Positions 50,511-60,134 are shown, numbered from the stretch's first letter. The stretch: DNA of 64,000 bases from Candidatus Paceibacter sp. (GCA_020724845.1 DYGE01000005.1:6116-70115); one strand, 5' to 3'. Translations and numbers: made by a program. Notes: generated from the sequence alone by a model not told the origin.

Positions 50511-52466
50511 CTAGCCCTGATTTGGTCCCGGCACCGCGCTTACATTTCTCGGAACATCTGGCACTGTATTCGGCATCGCGCTCGCTTCATTACTCAAAGG
50601 ACTTTCCCCGCTTGCGGTTACTGCGGAAATTTTATAGTAAAAATTTTTCCTATTGGAATAAGCGGATCCGATATTATCCGCATAGGACGTAGTATTTCCT
50701 ACAGTTGTTAATAATGTTTCCTGCCCCGAAACTTCGCTCCTGTAAATTTTATAGTTCGTAACTTCAGATCCTACGGAGTTCCAATTCAAAATCACTTGAC
50801 CATTTCCAGGAGAAGCGCTAAGTGTCGGGGCAGATGGAATAGCAACTTTTACCTCATTACTAAAACCGCTTTCCTCATCGGGATTAGAACCTCTTACTTT
50901 ATAATAGTATGTGTTCCCGCTTGCTATCGTGCTATCGCTATAACTATACGTACTGCCGCTGATAGTCTCTAAAAGAGTTTCGCCGCTAGTAATAGTATCC
51001 CTATATATTTTATAATCGGCCACGGGCGCGCCTGAGGGCTGCCAATTTAACACCACGACTCCATCCACGAACGAAGAAGAAAGGTTTTTAGGAGAATCTA
51101 ATCCTATCTCTACACAATAAAGCCGATTTGAGTTATCACAACCATTAGAGTCTGAATAATGCGACCACCTACTGTCTTGGAAATTAATACCTCCTTTAAT
51201 GGGCTTATAGCTGAGCCATCCATGATAATAAAATGAATTAGAGGTCCAATTTGAACAATGACCTCGAGAATTGATAGAGGCAATACTGCCATTTGAGTTT
51301 GTGTTAGTAAAAGCTAATCCACTAGAAATTTCATTTCCAATTTCATCCCTATTAATAGGAGAATTTAACGAACCATCAAGCAAATCATTCCAATTTTCAG
51401 CAACAAGTAAGCCATTTGTTAAATTATAAGATTTTTGAGATTCAGAGTTTGGAATTCTTGAAGCGGCCGAAATCGAACCGTCGCTAAGCCATGCCCTGAA
51501 AAAGCCGTTCATTCCAGCGGAATTGGCTCTTTGTTGACATATCGCGTCAGCGCCATCTAAACCGCCAAGATTGCCATTATGTGAAGTGCTCGTAACAAAT
51601 ACCCTAAAAGAATTAGCAGTGCTTATCGCTGCGACTTCGTTGCTAAGGTCGCTTTCACCAACACTATTTACAGCAGACACTTTGTAATAATAATTTTTAT
51701 TTGGGTCTAAATTGATGTCGGTATAGCTTAAATTATCCCCTACAGTCGTTAATAATGTTTCCTGTTCTGAGACTTCGCTTCTGTAAATTTTGTAATTGGT
51801 AATTTCTAACCCGCCATCAAAATCCGGCATATCCCAGCTTAAAAATAATTGTAAGTCAGTTCTATTAATAGATAAGTTTAATGGTGCGTTTGGTTTAACT
51901 GGGGGCTGTTCGAAGCAATACAATGGCAATGTAGCTCCGCAATAATAATTAGCACCATAACTCCAAGCATTGGGATAAGTAGTATTGAAAAATCCTACAT
52001 TTTCCCTTTCCCACCAGCTATTTGAAGTCCAGTTATTACAGAAGCTGGTTGCAAAAGCATTTTTTTCTCCGTTTGCAAGGGTATTTGTTCTAACTCTAGG
52101 TCCATAAGGTGTACCTGAAATTAGGCTACCAAATTCAGTTATATTAATAGGTGAATTAATTGTTCCATCGGTTAGATCTTGCCAATCATTAGCAATAATA
52201 GTCCCATCCAACAACGTATAAGGAATGCTCTGTTTTATGAATCTTTCACTAACAGAAAAGCTGGAATTACTTAACCACGCCTTCCACGAACCTCCTATTT
52301 CGGCCACATCAGCGCGGGATTGACATTTAGCATCGGCCCCAGACAAATCACCTAAATTACCATCGTAAAATGTACTAGTAATAAAAACTCTATTCGCTTC
52401 CTGCGCATGGGCAGTCCCGAACAAGAGTGTCGCCGCAAAAATAATTAAAATATAAAATTTTTTCAT
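50511..52466 (-). CDS. Secreted giant protein with two DGNLG..ADA.CQ..A.....FKAWLSD modules and at least three FN3 domains. It terminates at an in-frame TAG inside the fourth FN3.
   Basis: Signal peptide MKKFYILIIFAATLLFGTAHA. FN3 hallmarks ITNYKIYRSEVS ... YYYKVSAVNSVGES. The C-terminus PDVPRNVSAVPGPNQG* matches A-strand PSAPTLSASPGNGQVILNW of the preceding FN3 repeat. Confidence 0.65.
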   Translation of the reverse strand: MKKFYILIIFAATLLFGTAHAQEANRVFITSTFYDGNLGDLSGADAKCQSRADVAEIGGSWKAWLSNSSFSVSERFIKQSIPYTLLDGTIIANDWQDLTDGTINSPINITEFGSLISGTPYGPRVRTNTLANGEKNAFATSFCNNWTSNSWWERENVGFFNTTYPNAWSYGANYYCGATLPLYCFEQPPVKPNAPLNLSINRTDLQLFLSWDMPDFDGGLEITNYKIYRSEVSEQETLLTTVGDNLSYTDINLDPNKNYYYKVSAVNSVGESDLSNEVAAISTANSFRVFVTSTSHNGNLGGLDGADAICQQRANSAGMNGFFRAWLSDGSISAASRIPNSESQKSYNLTNGLLVAENWNDLLDGSLNSPINRDEIGNEISSGLAFTNTNSNGSIASINSRGHCSNWTSNSFYYHGWLSYKPIKGGINFQDSRWSHYSDSNGCDNSNRLYCVEIGLDSPKNLSSSFVDGVVVLNWQPSGAPVADYKIYRDTITSGETLLETISGSTYSYSDSTIASGNTYYYKVRGSNPDEESGFSNEVKVAIPSAPTLSASPGNGQVILNWNSVGSEVTNYKIYRSEVSGQETLLTTVGNTTSYADNIGSAYSNRKNFYYKISAVTASGESPLSNEASAMPNTVPDVPRNVSAVPGPNQG

Positions 52467-52467
52467 C

Positions 52468-52746
52468 TTATAAATTACATCTTTCCCTTAATTGCACATA
52501 CTCTTCATCATTTTCCAAATCAATGACCTCGGGGCTATGCAGCAAATTCATCAATCGCGGACTGGCATTAGTATCAAAACATTCTTTCCTTCTTTCTATA
52601 ATTTGATTCATTATTCCACCGATAATTCTTCCGGGCCGAATCCCCTCATCGGATTGCCGAAGATTGATAAACCAATAAAGCCAAGCCGTCAATAAAAAAA
52701 TAGTGATTAGCAAAGTCGCGGATATTAACAAAAGCTTTTTGCTCAT
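52468..52746 (-). CDS. Hypothetical small membrane protein
   Basis: 92 aa with N-terminal TM LLLISATLLITIFLLTAWLYWFI. Confidence 0.4.
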   Translation of the reverse strand: MSKKLLLISATLLITIFLLTAWLYWFINLRQSDEGIRPGRIIGGIMNQIIERRKECFDTNASPRLMNLLHSPEVIDLENDEEYVQLRERCNL

Positions 52747-52790
52747 TACTAAAATAATATCATAAAAAATACCCTGTTTACAGGGTATTT

Positions 52791-53849
52791 TTACGGCCTT
52801 ACTTCTCTCGGGGTTCCGGTAGCTGTTCCATTTCCCCCGGATCCTCCGCCAGTTCCATTGCCATTAGTTCCATTTACCGGTACCGGCTCCAGTGATTCGC
52901 TGACCATAATCAATGTTTGCGCCTGGGCTGCCGGCTCTTCGCCTCTCTGCAAGATTACTTTGGCGGTATACAAACCGGGATTTTCATAGGTGCAAAGATT
53001 TTGCGCGGTTCTTGTATCTTCGGCAGTGGTAAATTGCGCGTCTATCGGAGTGGTTATATTGGTCCCAGGGTCTTCTCGGTGGCAATAAAAAGTGTAAGTA
53101 AACTGCATAGGCAGGTCAGGATTAGCCGATGCATCAGCAATTAAATTTACCCCGAAAAGAGGCGCTCCGTTTGAAGACGGTTCCGCGCTCAATGAAACTT
53201 GCAACGGCTCATTCAAATTTTCCCACCACAGCTGCAGTCGCGGCTGTTCTCCTGGCCATGGCTTATCCGGATATGTCGGAGTATTGAAATAATGAGCAAC
53301 ATATATTTGCGTATAGCCGCCGGGCAAAGTATAAATATTAGAGCTTGCCAACCTGCCATCGTTAGTACCCACGGTCTTCTTGAAATAAGGCCAAACTTGG
53401 AGCTCAACACTATCATTAGTAAATAGATGGAACCGATACTGCCCCGGTTTAAGATTAACTAATCCCCTGATTTCAGATCTTACATATACCCCGCTGTCAC
53501 ATGTATACAATATACTTCCTTCTATAGCAGACCAGCGGCTGCGAGCGCAACGCTCTCTTCCAAGCACATAACTTGAAGCAAACATTGTTCCTTGCAAATT
53601 AAAAGTGTTTTCAAAATTAACAAAATGAGAACCAACCTGGCCGGATGGCAAAGATAAATTATGCTGTTGAGTCAAATAAGAATCCAAGGATCCTCCACGC
53701 CATCCATTAAATTCTGCCTTCCAATCATAAAAACATAGACGAAATACATCGCTTGGATAATTATGGCATTGCGAGTGAGTAGCGTTTGCAACATACGCCC
53801 CGCCTATTGCAATAAAAAATATAATTAAAATCAAAAACTTATTTTTCAT
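52791..53849 (-). CDS. Secreted protein with PA14-like and PKD-like domains and a Gly/Asn/Thr-rich linker ending in EVRP
   Basis: Signal peptide. GQYRFHLFTNDSVELQVW (PA14-like). FTYTFYCHREDPG...YENPGLYTAKVIL (PKD-like). C-terminal ...NGTATGTPREVRP. Confidence 0.5.
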   Translation of the reverse strand: MKNKFLILIIFFIAIGGAYVANATHSQCHNYPSDVFRLCFYDWKAEFNGWRGGSLDSYLTQQHNLSLPSGQVGSHFVNFENTFNLQGTMFASSYVLGRERCARSRWSAIEGSILYTCDSGVYVRSEIRGLVNLKPGQYRFHLFTNDSVELQVWPYFKKTVGTNDGRLASSNIYTLPGGYTQIYVAHYFNTPTYPDKPWPGEQPRLQLWWENLNEPLQVSLSAEPSSNGAPLFGVNLIADASANPDLPMQFTYTFYCHREDPGTNITTPIDAQFTTAEDTRTAQNLCTYENPGLYTAKVILQRGEEPAAQAQTLIMVSESLEPVPVNGTNGNGTGGGSGGNGTATGTPREVRP

Positions 53850-53856
53850 ATGAATT

Positions 53857-54027
53857 TTATGGGAGTGGGTCTGTGGGCAATAGAACGCTCTCTGCTTCTC
53901 CGGTAGCTTCTATGGGCGGATTAGGCGGAATTAATTTAACTTGCTGCCTAAAATACCAAAAATAAATGCCTATGCCGACAAGAATCAACAAGGCTAAAAT
54001 TTCAATTGTCAGTATTTTTTTACTCAT
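53857..54027 (-). CDS. Possible 56-aa single-TM protein (below the ORF-track cutoff)
   Basis: Manual translation MSKKILTIEILALLILVGIGIYFWYFRQQVKLIPPNPP... Confidence 0.25.
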   Translation of the reverse strand: MSKKILTIEILALLILVGIGIYFWYFRQQVKLIPPNPPIEATGEAESVLLPTDPLP

Positions 54028-54042
54028 CCCGTTAAATAACTA

Positions 54043-54240
54043 CTATTGAGTTTGCACTAATAAAGAAAGCACCAGGATAGTCCAAAGGAGCGCAAAAACA
54101 GTTATCGCCCAGCCTTCTTTCCTGAATTGGGGTTCAGCAATCAGCGCCAAGCCGTAAACTATCCCCGCAGGGCCGCTTAAAATTGAGATAACAATGCCGA
54201 CCCAAAACCACTTTTGCCAAAATTTAAATTTATTTTCCAT
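54043..54240 (-). CDS. Small two-TM membrane protein
   Basis: MENKFKFWQKWFWVGIVISILSGPAGIVYGLALIAEPQ... The 5' end and promoter region are duplicated at 54405-54580. Confidence 0.4.
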   Translation of the reverse strand: MENKFKFWQKWFWVGIVISILSGPAGIVYGLALIAEPQFRKEGWAITVFALLWTILVLSLLVQTQ

Positions 54241-54286
54241 ATTTATATTATAACAAATTATCCATCTTATACTATAATTAGTATAG

Positions 54287-54484
54287 ATGAAGACGCGCAA
54301 TCAAAAAGGTTTTTCTTTGGTGGAAATGCTGGTGATAGTAATGACTTTCGGATTGATTTCCGGGATTCTGATTGTTTACAGCCGGACCGCTGATTACGCT
54401 CACAACTACGCCGACCCAAAACCACTTTTTCCAGAATTTAAATTTATCCATAGAGTATTCGCGAATATGGCAAATTTATTTTAA
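54287..54484 (+). pseudogene. Truncated type IV pilin paralog (remnant of a segmental duplication)
   Basis: MKTRNQKG|FSLVEMLVIVMTFGLISGILIVYSRT parallels the downstream pilin MNSKG|FTIVEVLVVISVTALLTGVSIFYNRT for about 36 aa, then diverges and stops. Its 3' part is antisense to a second copy of the MDKFKFWKKWFWVG N-terminus. Confidence 0.5.
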
Positions 54485-54579
54485 TAACGCAAATATTATT
54501 CGCATCATTTTGCTAAATTCGCATTGTTAGCGATTACTCTCATTATAACAAATTAGGCAACTTATACTATAATTAATGT

Positions 54580-55128
54580 ATGAATAGCAAAGGATTTACG
54601 ATTGTGGAAGTGTTAGTAGTCATCAGCGTAACCGCTCTTTTGACCGGAGTATCTATTTTTTACAACCGCACCAGCCAAAAACAGATAACCCTTTTTAAGG
54701 AACAGGCCAAAATAATCAATACCGTCTTGCGCGCTAAATCTTTGGCGCTTACAACCTACACCAAGGAAGGCGCGCCTTGCGCTTACGGTATTCATTTTAA
54801 TAAAGATGCTAGAGAAATGAGAATTTTCCGCGATCTGGACGCTAGCGGAACAACTGACGATTGTGCAACCGCGGATAATCAATATGAAGCAACGCCTCCG
54901 CCAAACGCGGAAGATCTTGATCCTCCTGCCGTTGAGATATTAAGCGGCGAAATCAGCTTTATAGAACCTTTTAACCTGACCGATATCGTTTTCATACCGC
55001 CGCAGCCGGAAGTCGTTATTATCCCAGATCCGTCCCCGGCCACCGACGTTGCCATAGAAATAGGAACCGCTGACGGCGTTTCGAAATTAATAAAAATAAA
55101 CAGTTTCGGCCAAGTGACCGCGCAATAA
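54580..55128 (+). CDS. Type IV pilin / pseudopilin
   Basis: Class III signal MNSKG|FTIVEVLVVISV with Glu+5. Preceded by the promoter-like repeat tataacaaatta..cttatactataatta also found upstream of the truncated copy. Confidence 0.8.
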   Translation: MNSKGFTIVEVLVVISVTALLTGVSIFYNRTSQKQITLFKEQAKIINTVLRAKSLALTTYTKEGAPCAYGIHFNKDAREMRIFRDLDASGTTDDCATADNQYEATPPPNAEDLDPPAVEILSGEISFIEPFNLTDIVFIPPQPEVVIIPDPSPATDVAIEIGTADGVSKLIKINSFGQVTAQ

Positions 55129-55129
55129 T

Positions 55130-55672
55130 ATGGATAACAAAGGGCAAGTCTTAGTTGAAGCAATAGTTGCCATTACCATAGCAACCGTCGGGTTATTGGG
55201 TATTTTCGGTTTAATGAACCGATCCCTAAGCTTAAACCGCCAGACCGGAGACCAGTATGTCGCCGCCAACCTGGCCATGGAAGGAGTGGAAGTGATAAAA
55301 AATATGATTGACAACAATATCATCCAAGGGCTTCCTTGGAATAACGGCATTTCTGACGGGATATATGAAGTTATGTATAATGACGCGGGGCTAAGCAGAA
55401 AAATACTAGGCGCGGATCCGGTTGCGGACTGCAATTCCGCCTTCATATTACAAGATGAAAATACCGACTACCTGGACTTTGACCCAATAACCGGAATCTA
55501 TGGATACGGCTTTTCAGAGCAAACTAGGTATAAGCGGGGTGTCTGCGTAAGAAATCTCCTCGGCGGGAACGAAATACAGGTTAACGCGATAATAGTTTGG
55601 ACCACCAGAGGCCAGGCAGTCTTTGATATCAATCTGGAAGATCATTTCTATAATTGGAGACCGGAACTATAA
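55130..55672 (+). CDS. Minor pilin (PilV/GspH-like)
   Basis: MDNKG|QVLVEAIVAITIATVGLLGIF, a prepilin-type N-terminus with Glu+5. Confidence 0.7.
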   Translation: MDNKGQVLVEAIVAITIATVGLLGIFGLMNRSLSLNRQTGDQYVAANLAMEGVEVIKNMIDNNIIQGLPWNNGISDGIYEVMYNDAGLSRKILGADPVADCNSAFILQDENTDYLDFDPITGIYGYGFSEQTRYKRGVCVRNLLGGNEIQVNAIIVWTTRGQAVFDINLEDHFYNWRPEL

Positions 55673-55703
55673 AACGTCTAGCGTTTAGAATTGAAATAGG
55701 ATT

Positions 55704-56294
55704 ATGAAAAATATTTTTAATATATCAAATTTGCGAAGCGAGCTGAGCGCTGAAAAAGGTTTCACTGTCGTGGAGCTAATCGTCGCCTTTGGGCTATTTG
55801 CCATCGTACTTTCCATAGTCACCGGAACTTTTATAAAATCCCTGCGCACCCAGCAGCAAATCACGGCTTTCATCGCCGCCAACAGCAATGCCAGCCTGAC
55901 CATCGAGCAGATAGCAAGAGAGATAAGAACCGGACAAGATTTCTGCGTAGACCCGAACGCCGTCTGCGAGTTGGATAACGGAGACATATATAATGACATA
56001 GTCTTTACCAATGCCAGAGGACAGCAAGTAAAATACAGTCTTGCCGAACGGACTATCGGCTCCAATGTCATTCAATCTATCATGCGCAGCGTGGATGGCG
56101 GCCAAGCTATTCCGGTAACAGCCGATAACGTCAATATCCAAAGATTGAAATTCTACCTTAGCGGCCAGGAAACCGCGGACGGCCAAAATCCGAAAATAAC
56201 TATCGTGCTTGGCGCCGGATCTCCCAGTATTTCTTTCGCGGACCTGCTGATAAACTTGCAGACTACTATCAGCTCGCGTATATTGCAGACCTAA
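55704..56294 (+). CDS. Minor pilin with a long leader (PilW-like)
   Basis: ...LSAEKG|FTVVELIVAFGLFAIVLSIV. Confidence 0.7.
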   Translation: MKNIFNISNLRSELSAEKGFTVVELIVAFGLFAIVLSIVTGTFIKSLRTQQQITAFIAANSNASLTIEQIAREIRTGQDFCVDPNAVCELDNGDIYNDIVFTNARGQQVKYSLAERTIGSNVIQSIMRSVDGGQAIPVTADNVNIQRLKFYLSGQETADGQNPKITIVLGAGSPSISFADLLINLQTTISSRILQT

Positions 56295-57157
56295 TACAAA
56301 TTGAAGAAGCTAAAATAGGCGCGAAGCAGATTTTCACCGAAGAAAAAGAGCGTTAGCGTCCCAGCTATTAGAAATGGCCCGAACGGCACTTGGCTCTTCA
56401 TATTCTTTTTTTGGAAGAGAATCAGCGCCAAACTCACAATCGCGCCTATAAAAGTTCCAAATATGAAAAGGAATAAGGTATCCGGCCAGCCGAATAAAAC
56501 CCCAAGCGCCGCCATTAATTTCAAGTCACCCATGCCCATTCCCCTTCCTTTAGTAATAAGAATTATCAAACCGACGATCGACGCGCCGATTAAGGCGCCG
56601 AATAGATGATTCAGAATCACGCTTTCGCGCAAACCAAACAGTGCCGCGTAACTTCCTATGAAAGATCCTTGGAATTCCCCGAATTGCGCGTAAAAAGTGG
56701 TTGACGCAATCCTAAAAAAACCAAGAAGGGCCAAGCTAATATTCAATTCGTCCGGGATCAGGTACAAGCGATAATCAATCGTCCCGATTAGAATAAAGGT
56801 CAAAAAAACGGCAATCCAGACGGCACTTTCTATAAGGGTCTGGGGTAGAGGGTAGAGGGTATAGTTAGAAAAATATAATGGGAGTAAAAATACAAAACCG
56901 CTCGCCAGCTCCACCAACGGATACTGCCAGGAAATTTTCTTACCGCAGGTCATGCATTTTCCGCGCTGAATCAAAAAACTCAAAACCGGCACCAACTCAA
57001 ACCAGCTTAAAGTGGCGCCGCAAGACGGGCAATGCGATCTGCCGAGCAAATTTCTAAAATCAAAAACGTTCTTTTCTGGGTCATAGCGAAGGGAAACAAC
57101 ATTGAGGAAACTCCCAACTATAAGACCGAAAAGAAAAAGAAAAAAGTAGGTCATAGC
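56291..57157 (-). CDS. pilD: Prepilin peptidase (A24 family)
   Basis: Zinc-binding CPSCG...CMTCG, multiple TM segments, catalytic Asp region DYRLYLIPDEL. Confidence 0.85.
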   Translation of the reverse strand, partial: AMTYFFLFLFGLIVGSFLNVVSLRYDPEKNVFDFRNLLGRSHCPSCGATLSWFELVPVLSFLIQRGKCMTCGKKISWQYPLVELASGFVFLLPLYFSNYTLYPLPQTLIESAVWIAVFLTFILIGTIDYRLYLIPDELNISLALLGFFRIASTTFYAQFGEFQGSFIGSYAALFGLRESVILNHLFGALIGASIVGLIILITKGRGMGMGDLKLMAALGVLFGWPDTLFLFIFGTFIGAIVSLALILFQKKNMKSQVPFGPFLIAGTLTLFFFGENLLRAYFSFFNLY

Positions 57158-57243
57158 CAATACCACTATAATATCAATTATAAAACGCAAACGCCACGAA
57201 AGTTCGCGGCGTTTGTACTTCTATAAGAAGCGCTGCTGACGGC

Positions 57244-57720
57244 TTAGAATTGTACGCAATAAACCGGATTCGGGGTATCACTGCAATCAATACCGAATAC
57301 AGTACCATCCACGTCATCATCTAGAGAACGGTCGCCTACGTTTTCCAAGACGGCGCCGATAATATAGCTCTGGCCATCACCAGACACTCCGTAGCGATAA
57401 TCATTGGTTCCCAATGGATCAGTTGGAACCTTGGTAATTCCCAATCCGCTAGTGCCGGTAAGCGCAGTTGATAGCGCTGACCAAGTCTTTGCTCCGGCAG
57501 TGCCGGCATCGCAGTCCGCGGCACCCGGGTATCGTCCGCAACGTGTATAATAAATCTCCACGCCCTGCTGAACACTCTTGATGTCAGCCAACCTTCGCGC
57601 GTCCCTGCCTCGGGAGCGAAAACCAGCCAAACCAACCAAGAAGACAGAGGACAGTAAGCCGACGATGGAAATAACCACCAAAATTTCAATCAAAGTAAAG
57701 CCCTTTTTAGATGCTGTCAT
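57244..57720 (-). CDS. pilA: Major type IV pilin
   Basis: MTASKKG|FTLIEILVVISIVGLLSSV. Upstream is the tandem palindromic AT element TGATTAATTAAT x2. Confidence 0.85.
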   Translation of the reverse strand: MTASKKGFTLIEILVVISIVGLLSSVFLVGLAGFRSRGRDARRLADIKSVQQGVEIYYTRCGRYPGAADCDAGTAGAKTWSALSTALTGTSGLGITKVPTDPLGTNDYRYGVSGDGQSYIIGAVLENVGDRSLDDDVDGTVFGIDCSDTPNPVYCVQF

Positions 57721-57789
57721 TGATTAATTAATTGATTAATTAATTTTTTCGACTTTTTTTAAGTATAACATATTCATATAGCGGAATAG

Positions 57790-58998
57790 TTAGAATGCCC
57801 GGGTCAAGTTGAATATCGGCAGCAAAATGGCAACGAAAAGAACTCCAACTGCTATACCGATGAATACCATTAAGGCGGGCTGGATCAGCTCAACTAGCCG
57901 TCCGATTAAATCATCAACTTCTCTGGAGTAAAACGAAGAGACTCTGGACAGGAGAGCTTCCAGCTTGCCGGTAGATTCTCCTACCGACACCATTTGGCTC
58001 ACCAACGGAGGGAAAAACTCATCGTGCTCCTGAAGCGCTTGAGACATTAATTCGCCGCCCCTTACCGATTCGGCAATCTTATGCAGAATATCGCTGTAAA
58101 TAGGACTCCCAATAGTGCGTCCGGAAATTTCTATAGCTTGCGCCACCGGCAAACCGCCCCGAATCAGCACGGCCACAGATTCCGCGAAGCGCGCTACATA
58201 CAATTTTTTGTAAAGATTCCCAAGAATAGGCACTCGCAGCCGCACTTCATCCAGTATGATTTTCCCCTCTTCCGTTCTCAAATAATCGTAGATGACAAAT
58301 ACGATCACTCCCAAGGTTATCGCTATTGCCAGCCACCAGTTAGTAAGAAAATCCCCGCTTCCAAGCAAAATTCTGGTTATCAAAGGAAGCTCCACTCCGG
58401 ATTCCTGAAAAACCGGAGCCAGCTGCGGGAAAACAAAGCCAATTAACACTCCGCCAACCACGCCAAAAAGAATGATGACAATTATCGGATAGATTAAGGC
58501 ATTCCTTATACGCGACACTAAACCCGCCTCCTTTTCCAAATATTCAGCTAAAAAGCCGATAACTTCTTCCAAACGCCCGGTTATCTCCGCGGAGCTAACC
58601 ATGCTCACATAAAATTCAGAGAAGGCTCCCGGATGTTTTTTCAACGCTTGAGAAAGCGACAGGCCGGCGTCTATATCCGAAGAAACTTCCGAAATAATTT
58701 CCTTCAGAATCGGATTTTTAGTTTGCTTGTAAAGATTGCGCAGGGCATCGCCTAAAGAAATTTTGGCTTCCAAAAAAGTGGCGAATTGCCTAGTGAACAC
58801 CATCACGTCCGCCGACTTCACTCGCTCAAAGATATTAACCAACCGCTTATACCAAGGGAGAGCTTCGGCGGAAACTAGGCTGAGCAGAACCAGATCGTGG
58901 CCGGTTAAAACATTAATGGCCGCTTCTCGGTTAGCCGCCTCCACAAAACCAGTCTGAAGCTCCCCTTGTTTAGTTCTGGCATTATAACGAAATTTCAT
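57790..58998 (-). CDS. pilC: Type IV pilus assembly platform protein (GspF family)
   Basis: Two T2SSF repeats, 3 TM, 402 aa. Confidence 0.85.
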   Translation of the reverse strand: MKFRYNARTKQGELQTGFVEAANREAAINVLTGHDLVLLSLVSAEALPWYKRLVNIFERVKSADVMVFTRQFATFLEAKISLGDALRNLYKQTKNPILKEIISEVSSDIDAGLSLSQALKKHPGAFSEFYVSMVSSAEITGRLEEVIGFLAEYLEKEAGLVSRIRNALIYPIIVIILFGVVGGVLIGFVFPQLAPVFQESGVELPLITRILLGSGDFLTNWWLAIAITLGVIVFVIYDYLRTEEGKIILDEVRLRVPILGNLYKKLYVARFAESVAVLIRGGLPVAQAIEISGRTIGSPIYSDILHKIAESVRGGELMSQALQEHDEFFPPLVSQMVSVGESTGKLEALLSRVSSFYSREVDDLIGRLVELIQPALMVFIGIAVGVLFVAILLPIFNLTRAF

Positions 58999-59006
58999 CC
59001 TTTCTT

Positions 59007-60098
59007 TTATTTAATCTGCCCGCTTTCCAGCAGAACCCGCAATTCCGCCGGGTTCAAAGAATAAAGCTCGGCGCTTTCCAAAGAAATTTCCCTGTTGAGA
59101 ACCAGTTTAGCCAGCGAGCGATTAAGAGAAATCATCCCGTCTTTAACGCTGGTTTCAATGACTAAGTCTATTTGATGAGTTTTCCTCTCGCGAATCAGGT
59201 TTCTGATGGCCGGATTCACAAGCATAACCTCTACCGCCGGGATGCGGCCGCCGTCGATTCTCGGAACCAGCCGCTCTGAAATTATCCCGACCAAAGTGGA
59301 AGAAAGCTGGGTAATAATTTGGGACTGCTGTTCTGGCGGAAAGCTGTCTATTATTCTATCAATAGTTTGCGCGGCGGAATTGGTGTGGAGAGTGGAAAAA
59401 ACCAAGTGCCCGGTTTCAGCGGCAGTCATAGCGGTGGAAATTGAACCTTGATCGCGCATTTCTCCGATCATGACCACGTCCGGATCCTGCCTAAGCAGAG
59501 TGCGCAGGCCGTCATGAAAACTCAAAGCATCTGCCCCAACCTCTCTTTGAGATACTATGCAGCGATCTTGTGTGAATAGATATTCAATCGGATCCTCAAT
59601 GGTAATAATGTGATCAGTTCGCTGATGATTAATTTGATCTAGAATAGCCGCCACCGTTGTTGATTTTCCATGGCCGGCAGGACCCACCACCAAAACAAAA
59701 CCTTGAGAGAGACGGGAAAAATTTTGAATAATCGGCGGCAAACCCAACTCTTCAAGAGACTGCACTTTGCCTGGGATGAGGCGAAGAGCGGCTGCCATAT
59801 CTCCACGCTGAAAAAATACGTTGACTCGGAACCTTGCCTTATCTTCATAGGAGTACGCAAGGTCAATCTGCTTTTCCTGCAATAATTTTTCTTTTTGTTC
59901 AGGAGTCAGCAAGGCGCTCACTAATCCTTCCGCTGATTCGGAAGTTAAAACTTCCTCCTGCTGTAGCGGCGCCAAAACCCCATCTAATCTTAGAGTGGGC
60001 TTTCGGCCAACCGATAAATGGAGATCAGAAGCGTTTTGCTTTACCGCCGTTGATAAATACGATTCCAGTAATTGTTTGTATTTGTTATTAGTAGGCAT
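59007..60098 (-). CDS. pilT: Twitching motility ATPase PilT
   Basis: Walker A VLVVGPAGHGKSTT, Asp box, His box; 363 aa. Confidence 0.9.
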   Translation of the reverse strand: MPTNNKYKQLLESYLSTAVKQNASDLHLSVGRKPTLRLDGVLAPLQQEEVLTSESAEGLVSALLTPEQKEKLLQEKQIDLAYSYEDKARFRVNVFFQRGDMAAALRLIPGKVQSLEELGLPPIIQNFSRLSQGFVLVVGPAGHGKSTTVAAILDQINHQRTDHIITIEDPIEYLFTQDRCIVSQREVGADALSFHDGLRTLLRQDPDVVMIGEMRDQGSISTAMTAAETGHLVFSTLHTNSAAQTIDRIIDSFPPEQQSQIITQLSSTLVGIISERLVPRIDGGRIPAVEVMLVNPAIRNLIRERKTHQIDLVIETSVKDGMISLNRSLAKLVLNREISLESAELYSLNPAELRVLLESGQIK

Positions 60099-60134
60099 AC
60101 ATTTATTATATTCTTTAGCGGGAGATACTAAAAG

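Noticed and set aside
57721-57790. Sigma54 promoter upstream of pilA
   Set aside because: The GG/GC spacing does not match the -24/-12 consensus. Only the AT-rich tandem palindrome TGATTAATTAAT x2 is notable.
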